Origin: Lama glama | Taxonomy: Eukaryota | NCBI GenBank assembly: GCA_028534125.1 | Contig: CM052818.1 | Location: 34,102,001-34,166,000, forward strand | Direction: 5' to 3' | DNA length: 64,000 bases | Part shown: one piece after another, positions 27,780 to 39,600 of the stretch | Numbering within the stretch: the first letter of the stretch is position 1 | Layout: each line of letters opens with the position of its first letter | Notes under the pieces: generated by a model | Told to the model about the DNA's origin: nothing | Database searches by the model: none | The model's input: only the letters and a program-made list of their open reading frames with translations | Position numbers and translations under genes: made by a program

Positions 27780-28450
27780 TCCACCCGCCGTGGCTACAGG
27801 AAAGGCGGACGCTTAGAGACGGCCCACAAGGCTAACTCTGGGCCGCGTTTCTCCAGCGGGGCCGGTACGCAGACGAGCTGTACAATCGCCAAGCGCATGC
27901 CGGTTTGCAAGGCGGACGGCGTATTCTCTATCTCTGCTCCACATTTCCCTCCGGCATCTCCAGGGGCGCCAATAAAATCCTACTGCCCTCCTGATGTGAA
28001 GGACATTCATTTCTTCAATTAACCCACACTTTGTCAGGATCTCTTTCTCCTATGAACAAGAAAGATACAAACCACCGAGCTCCTGGAGGCGGGCCGGGCG
28101 GCGCAGGGCGCGGGTTGCCCCGGATTAGCGACTGCGGGCGGGGCCCTGGACCGGGCGGAGAGTCCCGGCAGCTGGCATCCACTCGGCCTCCGCTCTGCCC
28201 GCCTCACACCTGCATCTCTCTTTCCAGGCGCCTGGCATGCCAGTCGACAATACTTTGCCTACGAAATCTCCCGGGATTTTAAAACAACAACAACAAAAAG
28301 CCTAAAACCCAACTCGTCTATGGAGCTTTGCCTCACAGTGTGGCGGAGTGGGTGTGCGGGGACGCCTAGTCTCCATTGCCAGCTCTGCGGCAACCTCCTG
28401 TGCTACCTGGAGTCACAGTCGCCCTGGGCAAATCCAGATCGGGCAGGGGA
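27780..28450. promoter_or_regulatory. Second CpG-rich / GC-box region beyond the tRNA genes
   Basis: CpG-rich with GGGCGG boxes at about 28090-28160; no coding exon found. Confidence 0.55.
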
Positions 28451-28764
28451 TTCAAGCCCCTTGAAGCTCCAACGTTTTATGGGTTTTCTCAGCCTGAGCT
28501 TTGTTTGTTATTTCAGGCTGAGCTTTAAATCCAAGTTTTCTGTTGTCACAGAACGGGGTTCATTCACAATTGCGTCCATCCACAAAGCAGGAGGTTAACA
28601 TCTTCCCATGTATTTCTTGATTTAACTTCATTTCTGCTGCTGCAAATGCTACCATGTGTGCGAGAGCGTTAGCTTGGTATAGTTTTCTTGGAGCGGCGTT
28701 TAGCGCGCGCGCTATCTCACTCCTCTTTCTTGAGGGAGTCAGGGGTAGAAGAACATATTTAATT

Positions 28765-29460
28765 GTTTTTGTTTGTTTGTTTGTTTTGAGTAAAAGTCAC
28801 ATAACACAGTTAACTAAAGTATGAACAATTCAGTAGCATTTAGTGCATTCACAATGTTGTATAAACGATTACGTCTCTCTAGTTTCGAAACTTAAAAAAA
28901 AAAAATCACCCTAGGACACTCTGTACCCTTTAAGTAATCACTCCCACCCCTACATCCCCCAGCCCCTGGCAACAACTAATCTGCTTTCTGTCTCTACGGA
29001 TTTGCCTATTCTGGAAACTTCATATAAAGGAACTCATAAAATATGTGACATTTTGTATCTGATTTCTTTTATTTATCATAATGTTTTCAGGGTTCATCCA
29101 AATTGTAGCATGTATCAGTACTTCATCCCTTTTTACTGCTACATAATATTCCATTCCTTTGTTTATCCATTCTTCTGTTGATAGATGTTTGGCCTATTTC
29201 CACATTTTGACTTCAATGAATAATACTGCTATAAACATTTGTGTTAAAGTGTGTAGATACACTTTTTCACTTCTCTTGGGTGTATTCCTAGAAATGGAAT
29301 TGCTGAGTTTTATGCTAATTATATGTTTCACTCTTTGAGGAACCACCAAACTTTTCCACAGCAGTTGAACAAATTTACATTACCACCACCAATGTCGGAG
29401 GGTTCCAGTTTCTCCAGATTCTTGCCAACACTTTTTGTATTTTTTTATTATAGCTGATGT
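28765..29460 (-). mobile_element. L1 3'UTR fragment (old L1M-type)
   Basis: cccagcccctggcaacaactaatctgctttctgtctctacggatttgcctattctgg...ttcatccaaattgtagcatgtatcagtacttc. Confidence 0.8.
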
Positions 29461-30044
29461 TTCAATAAAGTGAACTCAATTAATAAGCATTTTCCTATGA
29501 CATTAAAGATTCTTTGAAATCACAATTTGAATAGCCATTTGCCATCTTTTACTTTATACCAAAATTTATTGAAATATTCATCTTATTGTTGGACACAGTT
29601 TAAATCCAAATTCTCACTATTAATACTGCTACAATAAATCTTCTTGTATATAAATCTTTGTCCTATTTCTGTTTACTTCTCTATCTCTAGAATACAATCA
29701 TAGGAGTGGAATTACTTGGTTAAACAGTATGAAACTTTTAAGGCTTTTGATAAATATTACCAAATTACTTCCCAGAAACATTATACTAATTTCTATCATA
29801 GCATTCACTGAGCATAGTATCACTTAAAAAAAAAAAAACTTTGTTAACATGATAGGCAACAGTAAGTGGCATCTTATTTTAAGTTTGTACTTCATCAATG
29901 AAATGAACTTTTCTTTTTCCAAGTCTATTGTTCATTTGCATTTCCTTTATGAATTGTCTTTTATCCATATTTTTATTGTTGTTTAGTGCTTTTCTTACTG
30001 ACTTGTAAGAGTTCTTTAACATTAAGAATGTATTTATGTAAGCT

Positions 30045-30390
30045 CAGTAAAGAAGTGGAGCCTTGATCAACGTATCAACTAGACCAAACACACCTACACA
30101 GAACATTCCGCCTAACAGCAGAATACACATTCTTCCCAAGTGTATACATGGAACATTCTCCAGAATAGTGCACATGTTAGGTAACAAGTCTTAATAAATA
30201 TTAAAAGATTGAAGTCATACAAAATCTGATTAATGTTAACTATAGACTTCAGGTGATCGTGACGTGTCAGCATAGGGTCACTGATGTTGGCAGTGGGGGA
30301 AGTTGTACAAGTGTAGAGCAAGGGGAGTGTACTTCTTGCACAGTTTTGATGTGAACTTAAAACTGCTGTAAAAAATAAAATTTATTAAAA
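30045..30390 (+). mobile_element. L1 remnant: ORF2 endonuclease fragment abutting an L1MC-type 3' end
   Basis: Frameshifted translation AEYTFFPS..HGTFSRIVHMLGNK, then ...aaaactgctgtaaaaaataaaatttattaaaa. Confidence 0.75.
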
Positions 30391-32723
30391 CATCAATAAC
30401 TTCTGTGCTAACAGTGAAAAATTATAGCAAGACATGTGTCTGAATTCAATGTTTTTATTAATAGGGAGAATATTCACTATTCAATTAATACTCACTCATA
30501 CCCTGAAAGGTAAAAGCTCCCCCTGCCTGCCCCCAAATTCCTTCTTACACCTCAAGTCTGGACAATGAAAGTAAAAACGGAATGCCGCGTAGGGAAATGC
30601 AAGGTCCTTTGTCCCTTCAGGTCCTTTTGGGAGCAGAACCATGAAGATTATGTAGAAAAAGGATGAAATCACTTTTAAGTGTTCACTTAAATCCAAACTC
30701 CTTTAGGAGAGATAAGGTATATTAAAATACTCAGAGGTCATCCAACCATGGAAATTTCTGTGTAATTGAACAACTGAGTCATTCTGGAATAGGGCAGGGC
30801 AGGCATGCCCATCTCTGTGAAACACTCCATTCTAAGAGCGGTGGCATTGAGAATGGACGGGCAATGCCGCAGGTGAGTCCAGCAACATTATCTATCCATA
30901 CTAAGTCGGGCTCCCCAGAAAGCTGCCCTGCTGTAAAGCTGAAGCTGTGTGCTGGGTACAAGTAGCCAGAAGAAACCAAAACCATGCTTTAAGACTTAGA
31001 GAAATGTAAAGAAGTGTTCCTAATGAGTCGTGGTATAATTTGTGAGTCCATGTAAGAACTGGTAATAACTAAGTTGTGAGAGATAACCATATTCAAACTG
31101 CCCTTCAGTTACATATGATATGTTATCTGTAGAACTCCAGCTGTGTGTGAAAAGGAAAGTTAAAATGTCTAGACACGATCCTTGAGGTGTCAGTTTATTT
31201 CTGTTCTTACAGTAACTCCAACTGTCAGTGTACTCCACCGGTTCACACTGGTTCAACTCACTGGCTCAGCTTGGATTTCTGTTTGTTGACAGTTATGCAA
31301 CAATGAAACATCTGGATGTCTGGTTTGACTATTAACAGCCAGCCAGTACAGTGTTGGGACTACTGACAGAATAAAAATTAGGACAATTCCAGTATCAGAT
31401 CAAACCACTCTATCGAATAAAGCTAATTAAAGGGGTCAGTGTCCCTGTGAGAGGCTGTGGAGACTCGAGTTAATCTGAGTTAAAGGAAAAATGTTGCACA
31501 CTAAGATTGTATGTCAGAAATTAAATGAACCCCAAAGGGAAAAACAGTACACACATTAGAAACCAGTGAAGCACTTGTGAGATTCTCTTGAGTTGCTGGA
31601 TTAAAAGAATTCAGTCCAGCAGCCTTGGTTGGACTCAATGTCACTGTAGGACAGAGTGTTATCATTTTATTTGTCTGTGCTGGTGCCAATCTAGGCCCAC
31701 ATCAGTCCCCTTTCTTCAGCTTGCCTTGAATGCAGGCCAGTTACAAGGATTCACTATTCTTAGGAATTGAGTGCATCTGTTTCTGATTGGTAAGGAAGTA
31801 CTGAGGCAATGGAACATGTTTCGGGACCCTTGGGCAGTCCTGCCTAGCAGTCCTGAACCTTGGTCCTTTACCAGGCAGGGTTTTTTCCTGGGAAAAATAG
31901 TCATGGCTGACTGCCACGAGAAGAGCAGGGTTCTGCCCAACTTGGCAATGTGGTTATGTCCTAACAAGGAAAGGGAACAAAAATGTGAGATGCTATAGTC
32001 CTCATGACTTTGCTTTGTGCCAAGATTTTTCTATACTTGCTACTTTATAATCTTACTGAAGTAGCATCTCAGGGCAGTTTCTGAGAAGGAAAGTGGTGGC
32101 TGGCCCTCATCCCTGCTGGACATCTCTTAGGGGTTTATGGTGGAAGCAGAAATCAGCCCCTGGAGTTGGAGTGGGCACTGCTTGTATTTTGAAATAGTCA
32201 AGGAAACTTGAGTTGAGAACTGAAAACCTATGCACTTAGCTGACTTATTACAGTCCCAAGTTAAAAATTAAAAGGGACTGGTGATAAACCCTTGACTCGT
32301 ATGTCTCTTGGAATTCTAAATCTTTCACTCACTGCCTATAAAATAAACCAATTAATAAATTAAGGTCCTGGCAAAGAAGACACTCCCTGATCACTAGCCA
32401 AGAATTCCCCTAGGAAACTCTCCCCTGCTTTTCAAAGCATAAAATACTCAGGCTACCAAAGCAAACCTTGGGACAGGAATCACTAGGACAAGTGAGACAA
32501 CACGTGAGCAAGAGGAGTGTGTCTAGAGCCCTCAATAGGCCAAACTTTAGAATGATGGATGGGGGCTTTCCTTGCCAGAGGCTCAACTACAGCCAGTGGC
32601 TATGACCTCCAGAAGTGCAGGGGGCAAAGAACATGCAGGTGCCCAAATTTTGTTGTTTCGCCCACAACTATGAGAATTCCTGTATGAAGATGCACAGAGG
32701 AAAGCTAGAAATCAAATGTGTCC

Positions 32724-32729
32724 TTTATT
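32724..32729 (-). promoter_or_regulatory. TMEM214 poly(A) signal
   Basis: AATAAA on minus strand about 770 nt after the stop. Confidence 0.65.
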
Positions 32730-33500
32730 CCACCAAGTAGACATACCCATGAGCCACATGCTGCATCCTGTCTCAACAGGCTGTTGCAAGATTTCCTGGG
32801 CCCAAGGCACATGACTACCTGGGCTCTGCTCTCCATAAAGACAGTGGTGGTGGGCAGCGGAGAGAGGCTGAATACTGAGGCAGAGACTCCCGGCACTGAA
32901 GGGGAATGGAGAGTGAGGAAGTGGAAGAGATACGATGGAAGAGGCATTGAGGGGCCTTGAAGGACCTAAGATGAGCATTTTCCACCCAGGCCTCCATGTC
33001 CACTGACAGCCACACCCAGGCTGTGGGCAGAGGTGAAGCTCCTACTGCCCACTGTGGTGCTGTATTCTTCTGGAGGTCCTTTTCTTTTTCCTGCTGTGGC
33101 TAAGGTCTGGGAGTAGGACTCATTTGTCAGAAGAAAGCAGAAGCCACTTGTTGGAGTCTCACATTTTTGGAAACAAGCTGTTTGAGGCTTCAGGAATAAG
33201 AGAGAGGGAAGTGGTGAGCAGGAGACAAGAGAGGAGACGAGAGAGGCCACCAGCCCAAGGTCAGAGGCTGGGAGCTATGTGCAATCAGGCAGAGAAGTGG
33301 TCAGTGGAATCGTGGGTAGGAGGCTGAGCTACTTTTGGGCTCAGTTGCCGCCAGAGATGGAAGAACTGAGGCAGAGGCAGCCAGCCACTTGCCTAGGAGA
33401 GAGAACTTATAGGCACCAAGTAACAAAGACTACCATGCAGAACTGCCACCTGCTACCCTGCAGCAGTCTCAGATGGTCTGTTCCAGACGGGGAGCAGGGC

Positions 33501-33627
33501 CTACTGCTGGGAGATCATGGTAAGTGCCCAGTCCAAGAAAGCCACTGTAATGTCCTGTAAGCAAAGCCAGGTCCAGTGGACAGCCTCACTGAGCTGTGTC
33601 TTCAGGCAGTCCCAGGTCACCTCACCT
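33501..33627 (-). CDS. TMEM214: TMEM214 exon 17
   Basis: GEVTWDCLKTQLSEAVHWTWLCLQDITVAFLDWALTMISQQ*. Confidence 0.93.
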
Positions 33628-36600
33628 CTGGGAGGAAAGCAGAACATGTGTCGGGGTTGGGAAGTGGTGATACGTATTCACCTGTGTTAAGTGACTGGGC
33701 TGCAGTGCAGACCCACAACCCGCTCCCAGAGTGGCCAGGGGATGAGCAGGGGGCAGGACAGAGTAAGAGACTGAACAGGGAAGGCTTGTCCCTGGAGAAG
33801 GGCATGGGGCCACAGGGCTGGAGCCCTGGATGGGGGTCTCACCTGCATGCCTTGTGGCAGTGCTCTTGCACCCGGGACAAGGCCTCAAGCAGCATGTGCC
33901 ACATGGGCAGTAGGACATTCTGGTAAAGAAACAGGAGCAGCTCCCTCAGAGAATGGAGCAGCTGGTTCAGGGCATCGGGGAACTGGATCTGTAGCTGGAC
34001 CGTGGAGAACAGAAGGGGTTAGAGGGCCCGGGAAATGCAGTCCATGTGGGGCTGCACCTTCCCAAGAACTCAACCCCTGGCGAAACCAGCCCTTCTCTGA
34101 TCTGTCTCTGGCTTACCCTCTGGGAGAGGCTGGTGAGGCTGTCACCAAACCAGGCAAGGTGGGAGGCACAGTGGGCAGAAAGGAAGCTGACTGTGGCATT
34201 GGTGTGGGTCCAGGCCAGCCGTAAGCTGGGCCTCACCATGGTCAGCAGATGGGAGCCCCAGGCCGGCAATGTCTCCTCTAGCCAGCTGTAGGAGAAGACA
34301 GAAGAAAGGAGGTCTCTTGAGTTTCCCCATGCAGCCTGGCTCCCTAAGAATAGCTGGGGCAAGGGAGGCTTTGAGAAAGAAAACCATAATCACTTCCCAC
34401 TGATTGTCAATGCTGTCACCACAGGAATATGCAAGCCTTCTCTCCCACCTGCCCCTCCTCTCCCTGGGAGGTGCTCACCTGTAGCCTTGCAGGCTGTAGG
34501 AGTAGATCCTCATACACGCTTGTTGGCCAGCAGGCAAAAAACCAGATGAGTGAAGCAACCAGCCAGAAAGGGAGGCTGAACAAAGGGAGTCTCAGATGAG
34601 CTGGGAGGTGAGGGGAACAGGGACTGGGGAGACAGACACTACAGGCACCAGAGCAGGCCAAGTAAGGGATAGGGCAGAACTTAGTGTGCTTACGGGGCCA
34701 CAGAGCTGGCTCCAGTCTGCTCGGGAGCACGCCTGGAGAGAGGGATGCAAGCCAGGGGAGCAGGAAGGGTACAGCCATGTGGAGCCCTGGACTGAGGTGT
34801 CAGGAAGCTTTGGGTTTGAGGGTCAGCCATTCTACTCACCAGGTGATCTTATGCTAACTGGTGAATCTTTCTGAGTCTCAACTTCCTCAGAGGTTAAAAA
34901 GGAGATAATATCTACTCAAATGAGACTGTGAATATGCAAGCATTTCTATACTGCAAAGCACTAGTCAGACCTGAACTGGTAATGTCATAGTTGTGGACAG
35001 AAAAACGTGTCTGAAAAGTGTTTGTCTCGTGGTGTATGCTGGGAGTGGGGAGTGCTACACCCAGCTCTGTATCCCCACAGAGGCCCCATGGAGAGCCCTG
35101 TGGTGTCTCCCTCGCCTGCCAATCCCTGCTCACCTTGGAAAGAGCTGTGTGACCGGAAGTCGTGGCACAGGAAACCTATGGCAAAGACCAGCACCAACAG
35201 GAGTAGCCGTGTCCAGGGCAGTCGGAAGCCCCGTGCCTGCTGCAACAGCCTCTAGAAGGAGAAAGGGTAGGGAGCAGCGGTCAGAAGGGAGAGGGGCTGG
35301 TCCCTGCCTCCTAAGACAGGCCTCAGGCTAGGCCTTCCAGGAAAAGGATCAGGCCCTCACATTGCCCCAGAGGTAGTAGGAGCTCCAGGGACAAGCAGGG
35401 CAGGAATGTGATACCGGCCCAGCCTAGGGTGTGCCGAGACAGATGCAGAACGGTGTGTTAGGGAGGGCTGCGCGCTGGCACCTTGCAGGCCATGTCACAG
35501 GTGGTGACCTCCTGGTTGCTGCAGCTGCCCTTCCTTAGCAGCTCCTGGTTGGTAAGCTTGAAGGACTGAATGGTTTCTTGCAAAGACTTCTGCGTCTATA
35601 GGACAAGAAAAGTCTGGGCTGAGAACATAAGATTTGGCCCGGGAGGAAACCCTGAGATTCCAGTCTGCTTCCTTTCCATGCCAGATGTGCTAACAGAGCA
35701 CCTTCTCAGAAAGGGGGGGGGCCAGTGGCTGAGGGGTATGAACCCAGAACCCAGATGAGGCTCAGCCTGCCATGTCCTCCCAGCTCCTCACCTTCTTGGG
35801 AATCTGCTCCCAGGACCTGAGCAAGTGCTCCAGCAGCAGACTGTGGGAAAAGCACAACCCCTTCCAATCAGGGGGCCTGCTTGGCCCCTCCCACCCTCCT
35901 GCCCTCCACGAGACTCCCCACTCCTTCAGGCTGAAAGACTCCACATCCCACCCACAGAGGAGCTGCTCCCTAGAGGCCTCCCAGCAACGTTCCCACTAAA
36001 CTTGAGAGGCATAAGCCTGAACAACAGTGACAAATGTTCCTCTTCTCCTCTAGGACAGGGACACACCAGGAAGTGTGAATTAAGGCCTCTTTGTGTGGCT
36101 AAGAGGCAGGCGACCCCCCTCACTGCCACCTGCCTGGACTGTGACAGATGTTTGGGGTACAGCTGCCTCCAGACGCTGGTGCTGAGGGGGTCCACCATCA
36201 GGCACTCAGTCAGGCTGCTCAGGAGCTGCACAGGGGACAGGAGAAGGGAGAGACTGCTGGGCATGGAGCTGGTGGCGGGGAGAGTACTGGGAGGCAATCC
36301 CCCTCTTCTAAGTGAGGCCACCCTGGTAACAAGTCCACCCTAAGGGATGAAGAAATTGTGCCCAGGCCCCAGAAACCTCCAAGAGGCTATAAAGGGGGAG
36401 GCTGGGGCTCCTGAGCTCAAAGTTCACTTGTCTGCAAGGGGCAGGACGTCAGAGACTGGTCAGACCTGAATGTGCTGTTTCAACTCCATCTAACTGAGGG
36501 CAGAGAGTGAGGTAGCAGGGCAGGCAGCTGTCAGGAGTGAGCTAAGGGGATGCCCTGGAAGTGGGCTCCCTGAAGCAGGGCCTTTGTCAGCATACAGGGA

Positions 36601-39600
36601 CTGATGCAGCAGACTCCTGGGAAGGAAAAAGGAGCTCCCACCATTTCCTCACCTCTTTTTTCATCTCTGGAGGGCAGCTGGGAGTGGCTCTGGACAGGAA
36701 GGAGGGGAAGTAGGTATGCAGGGTGGATTCCGGCTTTGCTCCGAATGCCAGCACCTTGAGCCGTGGGTAGAGCTGACACAGCTGCTCCTGCAGGCTGTGG
36801 GGGGTTGAGAGCAGAGTCAGGCACAGGCTCTGAATGGACCTGTGCCCTGTATCCCTTCTGCCTGCCTCAGAGTCTGTACCCTGCCTGACAGGTGGGGAGT
36901 CACTAAGGACGTTGCAATAGTTCTGAATCTTTCTAGACCCACAGACTCCTTGGAAAATTTGCTTCGAGTCCTCTCCCCAGGAAAATGCCCATATGCCAAT
37001 CACACTTAAGGGCCATATAATTGCAGGGGTTCCCTGGCCCCTTGAACTTGCAGGCTGATAATCTCAGACCTAGGGTGGCTGGAGGAGAAGGGACAGGACC
37101 ATACTGTCTCCTACTAACCCTCTGCTGGGATCCTTCACAGCAGGTTGTGCCCCAGGGCAGTCCTACCTGGGAGTCAGGGAGTTGTTGGGCATATAGGCAA
37201 AGTCCAGAAGTGGGAAGAAGTCCTTGGGGCCAATCATGCCAAAGCCCTTGGTGAGGTTGGGGTGCATCCTATGGAGGAAGAAAGAAACAGGTTTACTAGG
37301 GACCACCTACCCAGACCACGGTCCCAGCTGAGAACATCATCTAGGAAAAAGGACATAAATTCTACCCCATTCCCCACCCCTTAAGGGCTCTCTCTCTTTC
37401 CTTCTTGACCATCACATCCTGAGTTGGAAGGAGCTGGTCTTGATTTTCCTCCTATCTAAGGAAACCAGGATCACAGCATCCCATTTTGCTGAAATAGCCA
37501 CCTGCCAACACCCTGGGCCTTCCCCTTGCTGATCCGCACTTCTCCCTGCCCCTGGCCCTGCCATCACTCACAGGAGCAGCCGATCTAGGTAGGCAATGGC
37601 GAAAGGAGACAGAGACTTGATGCCCAGCACAGGCAGCATGATCCCCAGCCACACTGAAAAGGTCAGGGAGGAAGCCTCAGGATTGAATCCACTGGGGACA
37701 TTAAAGAGGAGCTTTCTGGTTCCCAAACCATCCTTCTTTCTTCCCCACTTCCTCATTACCTTTCAGTCCCTCGGTGAGGTTCGCAAAACCTGCTTGACCC
37801 AGGGCCCACATGATGGTCAGACACTTCGCTGGTCGGCTCTGGTGGGACCTCAGCAGTTCCAGGAACTGAGGAGACCGGTGAGGGAGGCAGGATGGGAAAG
37901 GGCAAAGCACTAGGAGCATCCCGAAAGCCAGGGAGGAAGAGAGATGCCAGCTTGGAGAGAAGGGGTAGGCAGGACAGTGGAGCAGTACGGGAGTGTGGTG
38001 GAGTGACTCAGAGCACAGGCTCTGGCACCGCTGTGGCCTTCACCCATATTTTCCACTTACTAGTTGACCAACTCTAGGAAAGTTACTGAACCCCTCTGTG
38101 GCTCAATCTTCTCATCTATAAAACGGGAATAACAGCAGTACCTGCCTCATATATATACAAAGTAGATACAATAAGCGCTAACGGCGTTAGCTGTTATTAC
38201 TGGTCTCAGAAGGTCTCCCACTACCCCTTAATTGGGTCTAACAGTGTAGATTCTTCCCAGCTTCCTCAGTCCCAGCCTCCTAATGTCCCCACAACCCTGA
38301 GCTCACCTTGCCCAGGTTCGTGGTGGCAATCTTGGGTTTGTCTTGCAGAATGGCCTGGATACAGATGCGGTAACCATGTAGTGACTCCCCTAGAGAGATG
38401 TATGTTCTCAGACCTACATCCCAAACTGTAGTCTCCCTTTTGGCAGCTGAGAGCCCAGAACTCAGGCCCAGGAAGTCCTAACTTCCTCCTCCCTTTCCCA
38501 GAGTATTGGAATTAGCATGTTTCTCTACTGGAAACAGAACCATCTAGCTACTCTGGAAGCAGGAAAAAGGGAGTAGGCTCCCAAGACGGGGCTGGGCTAT
38601 TCCTCACAGGCCCCTCTCACCTGGTGTCTTATCCAGTTCTTGTAGCATGGTGAACAGACAGTGGTCAAAAAAGAGCTCCAGGCACCCTGCTGCCTTCGCC
38701 AGTAGCCCTCGGATGATCCCACGCAGCTCCCGGCTCACCAAGCTGTAGGGATAATCTGGGGCCGATAGGCCTCCCGTGAGTGCCATGACCTGGAGCCTCT
38801 GCCAGCTCTGAGAGCTCTCGTTTGCTCCCTGAGAACTGTAGGTGGAGGCACAGGTCATTGCACTGTGGCTGGCATCCTCCTTATTTCAATGAGGCCCAGA
38901 AACTTTCAAGCCATGATGATTTGACAATAGGCAAATCATCCATGTAAATCAAAGCAGTAGGGGACACTGGACTCAGTCACTAAGTGAAGTGCTTACATAC
39001 AGCCCTTTCACAATTTTCTTGAACTTGTCTGAGCTTGAGGGAGTTGGGAGAACTGACCGTGAGTATGCTGGCTTAGTGTGGGTTCACTTGGAGGTACTTG
39101 GAGCTTGTAGTTGAGATAGCTGGCCAGGTCCTTCAACCACACGGATGGGTTCCCAGAGAACACGCTCTGGCTCTTGTCCAGTTCCCTCTGCAGAGCTGCC
39201 ATGTCCAGCTGCCAGGAACACAGGCCCCTCATGGTGAATTGTGGGTGTACAGTAAAGGGGCAGAAGCGGGAAAATGGCTGAACTAGGTGGTGGTAGGAAG
39301 AACAAATGACTTCTATTTTTAAATGTAAGTATGTAGAATGCCAGATTTTAGAGACTAGGACAGGTGTACCTGCTGATCTCAAGGCCTAATATTGATGGAC
39401 CCTTCACATTTTCAAGGGGAAAAATAGGAGGTAAGGTGGAAAATGAAAGATCACTCCTTCCGTGGTAGGAGGAACCACAAGGGTATCTTTAAACTCTCTT
39501 TGGTATCCCTGGATTTTCAAGGCTCTCCTCTCACTAATCTGTTTCTCTATGAATTTATTTCTTTTCTATCCAGAGTGCAAACACTGTATCCCTTGGGGTT

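Noticed and set aside
31040..31500. Possible old LTR (TG...CA ends with AATAAA)
   Set aside because: No family recognised and no TSD found; needs a Dfam search.
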